Source of the DNA: a virus
Virus record (IMG/VR): IMGVR_UViG_3300047160_014297
Span: 1 to 60,892 of that record
DNA length: 60,892 bases
Strand: one strand, 5' to 3'
The position numbers and the translations under genes are program-made. Shown here piece after piece: positions 17,016-26,642 of the stretch; position 1 is the first letter of the stretch; every line of letters starts with the position of its first letter. The notes beneath the pieces were generated by a model, which was not told the origin of the DNA, made no database searches, and saw nothing but the letters and a program-made list of their open reading frames with translations.

Positions 17016-20000
17016 TCACTTGTGAAGGATGAAGATGGTGCCGCGGTGGGACGGCTGTGCCGGGGCCGGAGTGATGTCAAACAGGTTCGAGACCGCGTTA
17101 CTGGCACCCGAGGCCGACGCCGTGAAGTTGCAACCGCTACCGGAGGCCGATGTGCCGACCGTGGAGAACACCTTGACACCGGCCGTGGCCGAGCCGGACG
17201 TGTTGGTGAACCCCGCGCCGCAGCCGTTGGCGGTCAAGGTGACGGTGCCACTGAATGTGTTGTCGGAATCGGTGACCGTAAAGGATGCCATGGTCATGCC
17301 GCTGACGGTCGTGGCCGGTTGAACCGTGAACGAGAGGGCGGCACCAACATTGAATGTGTTGGAAGTAGTGTTGTCGGCACCCGAGGCGGACGCGACGAAG
17401 GTACAGTTGGAACCCGAGCCGGTCATGTTCATGATCGAGAAGGTCGCCACACCAGCCGTATTGGGTTGAGTGTTGTTGGTGGCACTGACGCCGGGACAGC
17501 TCGTGACGGTGAGCGTGGTATTGCCGGTGAAGGTAGCGTCGGGATAGGTGACCTTGACGGTCGCCATTGTTGAGCCCGAGCCGGTATTGGACGGTTGGAT
17601 CGTGAAGACCAAGGGACCGCATCCGCCAGCCAGACGCACCATTCCCTTCGGCACACATTGATCGGCCACGTGAATATGGGTTTCCCAACCTGCTGGCAAG
17701 TCGGATAATGGATACACTTCGCATGTGTTGGTGGGCGCGTCGGTGACTCCACCTCCATTACGGCAGGGAACCGAATTGGCTGTCGCCCATGTAAAGAACG
17801 GGTTGGCGATACCGGCAACCGAGTAGGCTTCATCGCCTTCACGCTCGACGATTTCAAAGCATGGCGTGCCACAGGTGTCGGAAAAATAAATGCCGTAATG
17901 AGCCAGTGCGGTGATAAACGGTTTTTTCCATGATGGAATCGATAGTGCTGCGATTTGGGCGTCCGTATAGTCCAGGAAGAAAAGTTGCCCCTGGAACGGC
18001 CGATTCGTATTCGACACCATAACCGATGTGCATCCCAGAATACTGACCCGAGGTGATGGGAATACGTAGGAATTTGAGCCTAACGAATCGTTCACACAAT
18101 AACTATTTGTGATCAGAGCGTGCTGAATACTCCCAGCAACCACTTCGTGATGGCGTAGATCGGTTGACGCGAGTCGACTGTCAATACTGTAACCGTTGGG
18201 CTGGCCGTAATCGGGGGTGGAGAAAGCGCCAGGACTGCGGATGGTGGCAATCGCTGTGTCCAGAAATTGCAGGTCCAACGTGCAGCAGTTGGACATGTTG
18301 AAGTAACGTTTGTTGTAAAACGTGATGCCCTGCTCGTTGTTACCATGGAGACGGATATATTCGTTGTTGGTCTGGTCCCACAAATCAAAGAACGAGTCGC
18401 CGCCACAGCCGGGGTTCGTACAGGAAGTCAGGTAACTGAAGTGGGCACCGACCGGGATATGTGCGGTGAACCCGTTATGCATATCGCTGCCACAAGTGGT
18501 CCCAACCGCTTGGCAGTTGGTGAACGTCCACACCGGATCGGACGACTGACCGTAGAAGGTCGGGTTGGAGTTGTTGGCAGAGTTCGAATTGGGGTTATTG
18601 ACGTTCGGATTCGCCGTCGATGCCGACCCGACACTCTCCTTGAACACCTGAGACTGCCCGACCTCGCCCGTCAGTAAGGTCACCATTGCCGCCGAGTTCG
18701 CGATCAAGTGCCCCGTTGGACCGCCAGAACCGGCACCAGGAAGTTGAGTCGTGTAGAGGCCCCCGGGATAGGGCATGCAGGTGGATGGCTCCTGAGACGA
18801 GATCGTGAACGGGCCTGCACATGGATTTTGGACGGTCAGCGGATGCGGATAGGTGTAGGGGGTGTAACTCAGCGTCCAGGTGTTTGTGGAGGTGCACAGG
18901 TACAGATTGCCATTGCCGAATCCATTACCGCTCGTATTCCAGCTTCCTTCATCGGTGGCAAAATAACCAACGCCTGTAGTACATGCCGCAGGACGTCGGG
19001 CCTTTGTTCCGAAGCCATTTCCAGATGTTCCGTCGAATGGAGAACTCGAAGTCGTCTGCGCTGACTGTCCTAGCGTATCTACATAAAAATCTCTGTTCGC
19101 AATGATCCGCTTAGAACTTGCCTGTAGATAATAATAGATAGGACTGCCGCCGATGACAGCATTGTTCCAAGCGTAACTCGGTGAAGCAGCCTGAGCGGAT
19201 GAAGAGAGTGGGGTGGCGCTGTTACCGCCATTCGCCCCGGTATAGAGAAAGCCAGCACCACGGCCCATGCCTTGATCGACACATGCGCTTGCCCGTAATA
19301 TCTGGATCGAGTCTCCGTTGACTGGTGTCCAATCTCCCGGCCCTCCGCTTCCCACGTTTATGACAAGCGTATTCGCGGTGTTCGATATAATTTCCGTCCC
19401 GTCATTCAACGTCACATCATGCATGGAGTATGGCGCACCAGCCGGTATCCATTGGTTTGTTGTCCAGCCTGGACTTCCGGTAACCGTTACAGTCACCGCT
19501 GGATAGACTCCGGTGACTGTGCTGATTGTCCCGGAGTAATAAGTCACACCATCATTGGTGTCATATACGCTAGCACCGTCACACGCACCCCATCCGCCGA
19601 TGCTGGCATTGGTTCGTGGCGTGGTCACGCTAAAGAGTCCGTCTATGTTTGCGCCTGACGCGGATATATCGGCAGTGTTCCCAAACATCAGACCAGTACC
19701 ACTTCTACCACCGAGCAATCCTCCAGCAGACTCGGTGCTAGCCGCTACGGTAAACGTGTTGCCGTACTGCTCAAAAGCTCTCGCCCCGCGGGGGCGGCCA
19801 TTGGATTCTGTCCCGTGCCAGGCAAGGGCAGAATTCAAATGATCCATATTCGTGAACTTATTAAACCTCTGAACGATCCTGCCGCCGCCTTCTTCGGTTT
19901 GCTGACCGCTGACGCTGCCTTCATTGTCACAACAACCGGCTGCATTGAATGTATTGTTTTCAAAGAAGATGAAGTTAGCTGAGCCGTAATTTTCAGACTG

Positions 20001-20648
20001 TGCCCAGCTATTATCACCCCACTGTCCCACACCCAAATAACTGGAATGAGAAAACTCAATCAGCGCCAGATACGTGCATCCTGTGCCCGCGATGTTGTTG
20101 TGATCGAAAACCCCGAACATGTTGTCGATCACGCCGATCCCATAAGAAATATATGAAGTGGTGTGGCCGCACCAATTAGAGAATGTAATGTTGTCCATCC
20201 TCATGTTGGGGCATCCGCTAGATGTGCAAGTCCCCCAAAAGGAAAATCCTACCGAGGCACCGCTTCCGTAGGTGAGTGTCAAGCACGATAGGCGCGAGGT
20301 CGAATTACCATATTGAGGCCGCATATCAAAGGCGAGAATGCCAGTAATTGTCAGCGTCGTACCACCGCTACTACAAGAGGATGCTGGCAGGAAAGTACTC
20401 GTGCTGCTACTTGCCGTACCAGCGCCTTGAATTGTAATTCCAATATTTGAAGGGACGGTAATACCTGATGAATTCCATGTGCATGAACCTGCGGGAATTA
20501 TGATAACGTCCCCGTCCACTGCTGTGTGCGTCGGGCCGTTAATCACAGCATTGACGTCACTTTGATTACATGAAGCCGCTGTATAGGTTCCGGCAAAGAG
20601 GGACGTCGGCGCGAGGACGAGAATAGTGAAAATCAATCGGCGGATCAA
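17016..20648 (-). CDS. Secreted-type beta-helix polysaccharide-degrading-like protein with two C-terminal Ig-like repeats
   Basis: TTG start overlaps the upstream TGA. The N-terminus MIRRLIFTILVLAPTSLFAG is signal-peptide-like. The motif AASCNQSDVNAVINGP...DGDVIIIPAGSCTW is typical of secreted parallel beta-helix enzymes. There is a tandem repeat of about 90 aa at the C-terminus. Confidence 0.75.
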   Translation of the reverse strand: MIRRLIFTILVLAPTSLFAGTYTAASCNQSDVNAVINGPTHTAVDGDVIIIPAGSCTWNSSGITVPSNIGITIQGAGTASSSTSTFLPASSCSSGGTTLTITGILAFDMRPQYGNSTSRLSCLTLTYGSGASVGFSFWGTCTSSGCPNMRMDNITFSNWCGHTTSYISYGIGVIDNMFGVFDHNNIAGTGCTYLALIEFSHSSYLGVGQWGDNSWAQSENYGSANFIFFENNTFNAAGCCDNEGSVSGQQTEEGGGRIVQRFNKFTNMDHLNSALAWHGTESNGRPRGARAFEQYGNTFTVAASTESAGGLLGGRSGTGLMFGNTADISASGANIDGLFSVTTPRTNASIGGWGACDGASVYDTNDGVTYYSGTISTVTGVYPAVTVTVTGSPGWTTNQWIPAGAPYSMHDVTLNDGTEIISNTANTLVINVGSGGPGDWTPVNGDSIQILRASACVDQGMGRGAGFLYTGANGGNSATPLSSSAQAASPSYAWNNAVIGGSPIYYYLQASSKRIIANRDFYVDTLGQSAQTTSSSPFDGTSGNGFGTKARRPAACTTGVGYFATDEGSWNTSGNGFGNGNLYLCTSTNTWTLSYTPYTYPHPLTVQNPCAGPFTISSQEPSTCMPYPGGLYTTQLPGAGSGGPTGHLIANSAAMVTLLTGEVGQSQVFKESVGSASTANPNVNNPNSNSANNSNPTFYGQSSDPVWTFTNCQAVGTTCGSDMHNGFTAHIPVGAHFSYLTSCTNPGCGGDSFFDLWDQTNNEYIRLHGNNEQGITFYNKRYFNMSNCCTLDLQFLDTAIATIRSPGAFSTPDYGQPNGYSIDSRLASTDLRHHEVVAGSIQHALITNSYCVNDSLGSNSYVFPSPRVSILGCTSVMVSNTNRPFQGQLFFLDYTDAQIAALSIPSWKKPFITALAHYGIYFSDTCGTPCFEIVEREGDEAYSVAGIANPFFTWATANSVPCRNGGGVTDAPTNTCEVYPLSDLPAGWETHIHVADQCVPKGMVRLAGGCGPLVFTIQPSNTGSGSTMATVKVTYPDATFTGNTTLTVTSCPGVSATNNTQPNTAGVATFSIMNMTGSGSNCTFVASASGADNTTSNTFNVGAALSFTVQPATTVSGMTMASFTVTDSDNTFSGTVTLTANGCGAGFTNTSGSATAGVKVFSTVGTSASGSGCNFTASASGASNAVSNLFDITPAPAQPSHRGTIFILHK

Positions 20649-21346
20649 AACACACCCCCGCCTATCACAACGGCCTTATTGCTACTAGTTGCTGCCGCGA
20701 GAATGTGAAATCCATCTAGGATTGTAAAAGTGTTGCTTCCTGTCCATGAATGCGTGTTACTTGATCCTCCCAATGCATAACTTGCTGCCGCCAATCCACT
20801 CAGGTTATATAACTCCGTTTGACTCGTGGTCACCAAGCCAGCACCAGGGTTCATAATAAAAGCAACAGTCGCGTCTCCCACTGCCGAAGTCACCGCAAGG
20901 CTATATGGACTCGTTGATGGACCCGCCGAGCTATCATCGGCGGCCTTGCGGCACGTCACTTGATCCGTACCCGTAAAACTCACCAGACCCATAATTGGGG
21001 AATCTGCGTTCGTCCATGATGCCGAAATGGTTAGTGACGTACCCGCCGTTGGGGCGACGAGCAAAAATGTATCGATTCTTGTAGTGGCTCCGCCAAAACT
21101 AAATATCGATGTCATGGCCTGATTGGTTCCGGTGCTGTCCCAATGTATCGACGGAGAAGTCAGAGTGTTAAAGCCATGTAAGGTAACCAGCAGGCAACGA
21201 TTCGATCCTGAAATTGTCATTGTGGTCGTACAACTAGTGACCGAAGAACCACAATTGACACTGGTGGTGTGATCCAATGCCACAGCCGCCCACACCCCAA
21301 CTGGCCAGAGTCCGCACAGGAGAAGAACGAAAAGTGCGCGTCGCAT
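20645..21346 (-). CDS. Hypothetical protein with an N-terminal signal peptide
   Basis: Start is taken at ATG 21346, which overlaps the upstream stop as TAATG. N-terminus is MRRALFVLLLCGLWPVGVWAAVA. The protein is Ser/Thr-rich. Confidence 0.65.
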   Translation of the reverse strand: MRRALFVLLLCGLWPVGVWAAVALDHTTSVNCGSSVTSCTTTMTISGSNRCLLVTLHGFNTLTSPSIHWDSTGTNQAMTSIFSFGGATTRIDTFLLVAPTAGTSLTISASWTNADSPIMGLVSFTGTDQVTCRKAADDSSAGPSTSPYSLAVTSAVGDATVAFIMNPGAGLVTTSQTELYNLSGLAAASYALGGSSNTHSWTGSNTFTILDGFHILAAATSSNKAVVIGGGVF

Positions 21347-21858
21347 TAGAATTGATCCGCCCCACCGACAATCCGTAACTGGACTCCGGCTGACGTCTGG
21401 ACACAGAGATTGTCGGCATTGGTTGCTGTTTGAAACCATGATCCATTCCCGTAAGTTGGCCCGAGCACGTACCCGTGGATTGCCGTCGCGGAGGTACCAT
21501 CCAGAAGGTACGCCGGGGATATTGCCGTAAATGTCGTGACACAGTTGGTGCCGGTCCCGGTCCCGAACGTAACGGTGACACTCGATGCGCTGTCGTTGGA
21601 GAACTCGATGAACCGGACGTAGATTTTGGTAGCAGAGACACCCGCGATCAAGGTGGTCTTGCCGTTGGTGTTGGTGTCGTAGAGGATGTGGAGAGTGCCG
21701 CCGCGATCGGTGGCGGACATGACAGTGTCGGCATTGGCCGCGGTTTTGTTGGAGTTGGGCGGGACGTTGTTCTTGCCGATCGTGACAACAGCGGACTGAC
21801 CGAAGAGTAACGGTGCCAGTAGAAGTTCGAAGAGAACGAGTGTAAATGCTCGCTTCAT
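21346..21858 (-). CDS. Hypothetical protein with an N-terminal signal peptide
   Basis: Start is taken at ATG 21858 (GGTGAGGAA upstream). N-terminus is MKRAFTLVLFELLLAPLLFGQSA. Confidence 0.65.
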   Translation of the reverse strand: MKRAFTLVLFELLLAPLLFGQSAVVTIGKNNVPPNSNKTAANADTVMSATDRGGTLHILYDTNTNGKTTLIAGVSATKIYVRFIEFSNDSASSVTVTFGTGTGTNCVTTFTAISPAYLLDGTSATAIHGYVLGPTYGNGSWFQTATNADNLCVQTSAGVQLRIVGGADQF

Positions 21859-21868
21859 TGAGTGTTCC

Positions 21869-22459
21869 TCACCGGAGATAGACCGTGCCGTAGACCCATA
21901 AGACGTCACCGTTGGCAATCGTGCCGATGGTGATCAAGAGTTTGTCGGAGGCACCACCGTCGATGATACCGGAAGATAGTTCTCGGTAAAAGGTTCGAGA
22001 CATACCGAACGATGGTGAAGAGAAAGCTAGTTGAGAGCCCGAGGTGGGTGTGGTCGTGGGGTTGGCACCAACAAATACTGAGGGATTGTCAGGTGTTAAC
22101 GAGCTGGTGATCTGAGACTCGATACCAAGAGCGGTTAAGCGCCACGCCGCGCCGGGCGTGATCAGCACACCGTTACTTGTGGTTGCGACGTATTGTTGGC
22201 CGAACCCGATAGGGGCCGCCCCGCCAACGACGCTTACCGGTAACGGGTTGGTGGATTGAATGAGGTTGCCGGACGCATCGTAGAGTTGGAATGGGGCACA
22301 AATTAACGGTGAGCCGTACCCGACCAGTTTCTCGGCAGACGAGGTGCCGACGTCCCACTTAATGGCCTGTCGGGCCTTGCCGTCCCCGATATCGACACAC
22401 CGGACGCTCTTACCGAGGGGTGCTATTGGAGTATTGAGTATGACATCATCATCAGCCAT
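21869..22459 (-). CDS. Hypothetical virion protein
   Basis: 196-aa ORF that overlaps the upstream gene by 8 nt. Confidence 0.7.
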   Translation of the reverse strand: MADDDVILNTPIAPLGKSVRCVDIGDGKARQAIKWDVGTSSAEKLVGYGSPLICAPFQLYDASGNLIQSTNPLPVSVVGGAAPIGFGQQYVATTSNGVLITPGAAWRLTALGIESQITSSLTPDNPSVFVGANPTTTPTSGSQLAFSSPSFGMSRTFYRELSSGIIDGGASDKLLITIGTIANGDVLWVYGTVYLR

Positions 22460-23921
22460 TGATATTCACCGGTGCGCCCGTTGGAGTACCTGACGATGGA
22501 TCGACCCTGGGCACTTGGAAGTTCTGGCGCGTTGCCGGTTCTTCCAGTAAAAGTTTGTAGACGATGTTGGCGGAGAGCTTGCCGTTGATCAGGGCCGCCA
22601 TACGCAGGAAGTTGTCGCGCAACTGATAGGTGGACTGGAATTCGGTGCCTGCCATTTTAATGGAGACGATGTGTTGGGCCAAGTCGAGGACCGGTTCAAG
22701 AAGGTCGGGGGTGATCGGGAGGACAGAACCGGTCGAGATCGGTACGGGAATCGAGCGTACCAGATCGAAAGTCACAACGTAGGTGTTGTCGGGAGTTGGA
22801 GAGACCGCGATCAGGTTCGGCGAGACCTGGATGATGTCGCGAGGGACAGCCGGGGTACGGTTCTGCCAACTGGTTTTGTAGCGATCCGCGTCGTTGATCG
22901 AGTGAATAGGGGTTTCGATGTCGCCGATCCGCCCCAGCATGATGGAGACAGAGGTGCGGGCCAGCGAGACAGCGAAGTTGTAGAGTTGGCGGCAATATTG
23001 AGCACGGGCCGGATCGGAGGCCGGGCCGTCTTCGCTCAAGAGGTCCGCCAGGGCTTGGTACTTGACGCCCCAGGCGAAATCGTCCGGGACACCGATCGGG
23101 ACCGGGGATGATGGGTTACAGGGTAGGTCCGGTCCGGTGTTGACCGAACAGAGGTCCAGGGCACCCATGTTCGAGGGAGGTGGAATGAGCTGGACCGACG
23201 TGATGGGAGACACGGCCACAGAGTAAGAAAAGGGGAATCCGGGAGTTTGGGGCCAGGATTGCCGGTACAGCGCGGCGCGTTCATCGGTGCGGACCAACCC
23301 GTAGGACAGACAGGACCCCGCGTCCATCCAGCCAAGACGGCGGACATCAAGGAGTGACGGAAAGAGATGGACCCGGCCGTTGGCAGGCATGCCCAGGAAC
23401 GGGATGGAGTGAACAACGTAGATACCGGAATCGGATAGAAACTGGTCGCGAGCCCGCTGGATGGACCGGGCGATCGACTGGACGGAAAACTGGAGCGTGC
23501 CGGTCCACGGGTTCGTCGGGGGTTCCAGTAAGTGGTTCTGGATTTCGTAGAGAAGTTGGGTGTCGGTTACCGAGAACGCGTAGGGGTAACCGGTGGTTGG
23601 CGTGTCGAGATCAGTACGGAGATCGTAGAAGGCGACACCGTCCAGGACGTGGAGCGAGGCGCGTTCCCGGTAGAACCCGGTCGTGGCTTGCAACATTCGC
23701 AACGACTGGTTGATGCCGTTGAAGAGTTCGGTCTGGGAGTAGTAGACATTGGTCGGGTCACTGAGGGATTCGGCCAGTTGAGCGATGGCCGATGCCATGG
23801 TCGTGGTTTCTCCGAACGGGATGTTGAGGGCAGGTAGACAAGATACGGACGGAGGTGGTGTTGGTCCTGTCGGACCCAGCAACATGTCGAGTTGGAGAGC
23901 AAGTAACATCGGCCAGTTCAA
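22452..23921 (-). CDS. Virion structural protein (adaptor or tail-tubular candidate by position)
   Basis: 489-aa ORF downstream of the capsid genes. Confidence 0.7.
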   Translation of the reverse strand: MNWPMLLALQLDMLLGPTGPTPPPSVSCLPALNIPFGETTTMASAIAQLAESLSDPTNVYYSQTELFNGINQSLRMLQATTGFYRERASLHVLDGVAFYDLRTDLDTPTTGYPYAFSVTDTQLLYEIQNHLLEPPTNPWTGTLQFSVQSIARSIQRARDQFLSDSGIYVVHSIPFLGMPANGRVHLFPSLLDVRRLGWMDAGSCLSYGLVRTDERAALYRQSWPQTPGFPFSYSVAVSPITSVQLIPPPSNMGALDLCSVNTGPDLPCNPSSPVPIGVPDDFAWGVKYQALADLLSEDGPASDPARAQYCRQLYNFAVSLARTSVSIMLGRIGDIETPIHSINDADRYKTSWQNRTPAVPRDIIQVSPNLIAVSPTPDNTYVVTFDLVRSIPVPISTGSVLPITPDLLEPVLDLAQHIVSIKMAGTEFQSTYQLRDNFLRMAALINGKLSANIVYKLLLEEPATRQNFQVPRVDPSSGTPTGAPVNING

Positions 23922-23934
23922 TCAACCTCAGTTC

Positions 23935-24147
23935 TTACATCTTGGGTCGGCCGGTCGGGTTCGGTGACGAAAGCTTCGCGGCATGCTTGGGGGCCGTGCC
24001 TTTCATCGTTTCGGTCATCCCGATCGACGGCATACGGAATGTGCGCTGTTGTTCGTAACCGTTCATCGGAGAACGGATGCCCTGTTCGACCGGTGAAACC
24101 GCACCTTTGATGGAACGGGCTGTGGGACGTTTGCCGTCACCTCTCAT
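23935..24147 (-). CDS. Small basic protein (70 aa)
   Basis: AGGAGG lies 6 nt upstream of the ATG. The protein starts MRGDGKRPT and contains SPMNGY, resembling the small basic ORFs at 25312..25479 and 29794..29919. A palindrome copy lies 37 nt upstream. Confidence 0.7.
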   Translation of the reverse strand: MRGDGKRPTARSIKGAVSPVEQGIRSPMNGYEQQRTFRMPSIGMTETMKGTAPKHAAKLSSPNPTGRPKM

Positions 24148-24184
24148 TTGAAACCTCCTGATAACTGGAAAATTGAAATTCCTA

Positions 24185-24197
24185 CGTAGAGTCTACG
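24185..24197. repeat. Palindrome copy CGTAGAGTCTACG (intergenic, 37 nt upstream of the ATG of 23935..24147)
   Basis: Read directly. Confidence 0.95.
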
Positions 24198-24211
24198 CGT
24201 TACTGGCGACA

Positions 24212-25255
24212 CTAGTCTAACCCTCCAACCAGCGAGGAGACATCATGATTTTGAAGGAACTGACCACCAAGCGGAAAGTCGAAGGTACCGCCTTGCTGGA
24301 AAGCGACAAGAGGGGAGATTTCGTCGTCCGCTTTGATGGCTTGGATCAACCGTTCTTTGAATTCTTGGCGGGCGTCGTTGATGGCGGAGACCCAGTTGGT
24401 TTGGGCCAATTCCGGGTAGACCGACACCATGCGGAGTGCCCACTGACATCCTAACTGGTAGGAGAGTAGCATGAGGAGGTCCGGTGAAAAGGTTGCCGGT
24501 ACGTCCAAGGTGTCGGAAAGGTCCAAGCCACGTTTCTGATACAAACACGAGTAGACCCGGTTGTTGACAGGGTGGGGGTACCATTCGTGGACCGGGACAC
24601 CCGAGACGACGTTGGGGGACAGCGGGTCGTTCTGGTAATTGGCGATGATGTAGGCGTCACCGGTCGCGCCACGGTAGGGGTCGATACCGTTTAACTGGGC
24701 CTGGGTGTAATAGAGTTTACGGCGGCGGATCGTGTAACCGGACGCTTGGTTGGTTACCGTAAAGTAACGCAGGAAATCGACAGGCCCGTTGGGGGTACCG
24801 TCGACGGCTGGGGGCTGATAGTACGCCTTGTACACCATGTAGGGTTGGCCCGAGCCGCCGGTTTCGGCGAAGACACGGTCCAGGGTGGCGGTATTGACAC
24901 CGTCCCACGCAATGATGGAGTAGAGAGCGCCGGGTGTGCCGGAGATTTGCGAGCCGATACGGAATTGGCGTCCTATACCGATGTCCGGGTTAGCGAGTGG
25001 GGGGTTCGATAGGGTTACAGCGTTCAGTGCGGTGGAGGCGTTACTATCGAATATCGCGACGTTGGAACCGAGTGCCGTGTTGACGGTACCTACCGAGATG
25101 TTGGCTGGGGCGGTGATGTAACCCGTCGAGACGAGCCACGACCAGAGTCGAAAGTCGCAGATGCGGTGCCACGCTCGGTTGACCAGTGTTTGGGCGTGTG
25201 CAGGTGGGAGACGAGGCACGGACTCTTGAAGGTCGTTCCAGTAGTCTCTAAACAT
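24212..25255 (-). CDS. Virion structural protein (head-tail joining candidate by position)
   Basis: 347-aa ORF. Confidence 0.7.
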   Translation of the reverse strand: MFRDYWNDLQESVPRLPPAHAQTLVNRAWHRICDFRLWSWLVSTGYITAPANISVGTVNTALGSNVAIFDSNASTALNAVTLSNPPLANPDIGIGRQFRIGSQISGTPGALYSIIAWDGVNTATLDRVFAETGGSGQPYMVYKAYYQPPAVDGTPNGPVDFLRYFTVTNQASGYTIRRRKLYYTQAQLNGIDPYRGATGDAYIIANYQNDPLSPNVVSGVPVHEWYPHPVNNRVYSCLYQKRGLDLSDTLDVPATFSPDLLMLLSYQLGCQWALRMVSVYPELAQTNWVSAINDARQEFKERLIQAIKADDEISPLVAFQQGGTFDFPLGGQFLQNHDVSSLVGGLD

Positions 25256-25311
25256 TGCTTCTGCACCAATAACTTACGTGCTCACGCCCGTGACCGCCGT
25301 ACCAAAAAATA

Positions 25312-25479
25312 CTAACGGCCCCGACCTTTGCGGCCATGAAACCGGGACCGATGGCGCGTACCCTTGCCGCCACGTCGAGGGACTTGCATGTAATTGGAAG
25401 GGTTTCGACCCTTCTTGCCACCTCGCATTGTGCCTCCTTTGAAGTAACGTAACTTCTGTGATGTCGTCAGTCGGGCCAT
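25312..25479 (-). CDS. Very basic 55-aa protein (Arg/Gly/Lys-rich), below the ORF-track cutoff
   Basis: Translation is MARLTTSQKLRYFKGGTMRGGKKGRNPSNYMQVPRRGGKGTRHRSRFHGRKGRGR. TAAGGAGG lies 5 nt upstream of ATG 25479. A second in-frame ATG at 25428 has AAAGGAGG upstream. Confidence 0.5.
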   Translation of the reverse strand: MARLTTSQKLRYFKGGTMRGGKKGRNPSNYMQVPRRGGKGTRHRSRFHGRKGRGR

Positions 25480-25484
25480 TGCCC

Positions 25485-25519
25485 CCTCCTTAGAAAGTCG
25501 TCAAGAAATTCTAAGGAGG
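25485..25519 (-). promoter_or_regulatory. SD-sequestering hairpin (11-bp stem) between 25532..25891 and the 55-aa basic ORF
   Basis: On the mRNA, CCTCCTTAGAA - 13 nt - TTCTAAGGAGG. The 3' arm is the Shine-Dalgarno of ATG 25479. The structure starts 12 nt after the upstream stop. Confidence 0.6.
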
Positions 25520-25531
25520 AGGATAAACCCG

Positions 25532-25891
25532 TTAATTGCCGATCGCAACGATAATGAACGTCAAGGCCGCTAGTGATCCAGACGCACCGGCCAGTTGAGC
25601 GCCAGTCGCCGTCGTGATCGCTTCGAACAGCACCGTCTTTTGCGGGGCCAGTTGGGACGCCGACGGGAACGGGATCAGATGGAACTGACCGTTGTTTGAC
25701 GTCGGTACAGACAGTATGGCCTCGATTTCGACTAACCCCAGGTCGGAGGCTTTGACGGAAATGCCGCCGGTTGGGGGAGTACCCGTTGAAATCTGAGTGT
25801 ACGATGCCGGTCCGGTGATCTGGATCATCGTGATGCGCTTGTCGCCCGGAGGTGCCGGGTAACTGGCGTAAGAACCCACTAAAGGTGCCAT
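25532..25891 (-). CDS. Hypothetical head-module protein
   Basis: 119-aa ORF immediately downstream of 25896..26567. Confidence 0.7.
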   Translation of the reverse strand: MAPLVGSYASYPAPPGDKRITMIQITGPASYTQISTGTPPTGGISVKASDLGLVEIEAILSVPTSNNGQFHLIPFPSASQLAPQKTVLFEAITTATGAQLAGASGSLAALTFIIVAIGN

Positions 25892-25895
25892 TGGG

Positions 25896-26567
25896 TTAGA
25901 AACCTCCCAGTCCGCCCATCACTTGGCGGAGATTCCACAGGTCAACGAGCGAGATGGCGTTACCGGTGGGTGATGCAATGGCTACGCCCAACTGGAGTTT
26001 CGCGGTGGCCCAAGTGACGCCAGTTGCATTGGCCAGGACATCAGCACGGTTCGAGTTGGTGGCGTCCTGGACGACCATGTCGCCAGCGTTGGCACCAGAC
26101 ACCGATTTGGTGACAGCCGGGGTTTTGAAGAGGACGTTCGCTTTACCGGCGATCTGGATGAAACAGTAGTTACCTTTGGTTGGGGCGGAAAGCAGAACAC
26201 CAGCAAAGAGACCCGAGTTGTCGCCGGTCGCGATGAACGCGGAGTAGCCGACGTCGGTGGTGACGATGTAGTTTTCGTAATCGTCCCAGTAGACACAGCC
26301 ACCGCGAGCCGGGGCTTGACTGGCCGTTGAGCGGACCTGGACGTACTGGTAGATGCCTTCGAATAAGGTGCCAACAGTGGTGTCGGACAGTTTCGAGGCC
26401 ATCGCGGCTGTCAGAACGAGCCGTTTGCCGACCAGACCAAAGTACGGCTGAATGATCGAACCGGATGCGGACGAGGACGCCAGCGGTACCCCAGGTGAGG
26501 GGTCGTTGACGTCGTTCAGTAGACGAGAGACGATTCTGGAATCGCCGGGATCGAGAATGCCTGCCAT
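25896..26567 (-). CDS. Head-module protein (decoration or auxiliary capsid candidate)
   Basis: 223-aa ORF directly downstream of the putative major capsid gene. Confidence 0.6.
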   Translation of the reverse strand: MAGILDPGDSRIVSRLLNDVNDPSPGVPLASSSASGSIIQPYFGLVGKRLVLTAAMASKLSDTTVGTLFEGIYQYVQVRSTASQAPARGGCVYWDDYENYIVTTDVGYSAFIATGDNSGLFAGVLLSAPTKGNYCFIQIAGKANVLFKTPAVTKSVSGANAGDMVVQDATNSNRADVLANATGVTWATAKLQLGVAIASPTGNAISLVDLWNLRQVMGGLGGF

Positions 26568-26642
26568 AGTTTTATCTCCTTGTCAGTCTATGGGGCGGGC
26601 CACGGTGCGGCGTCCGTGCGCTAGGCCCGACCTACTACAGAA

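Noticed and set aside
18063-18075. The 13-mer TACGTAGGAATTT is shared, in inverted orientation, with the flank of the palindrome at 24176-24188.
   Set aside because: Single pairwise 13-mer matches are expected many times by chance in a genome of this size.
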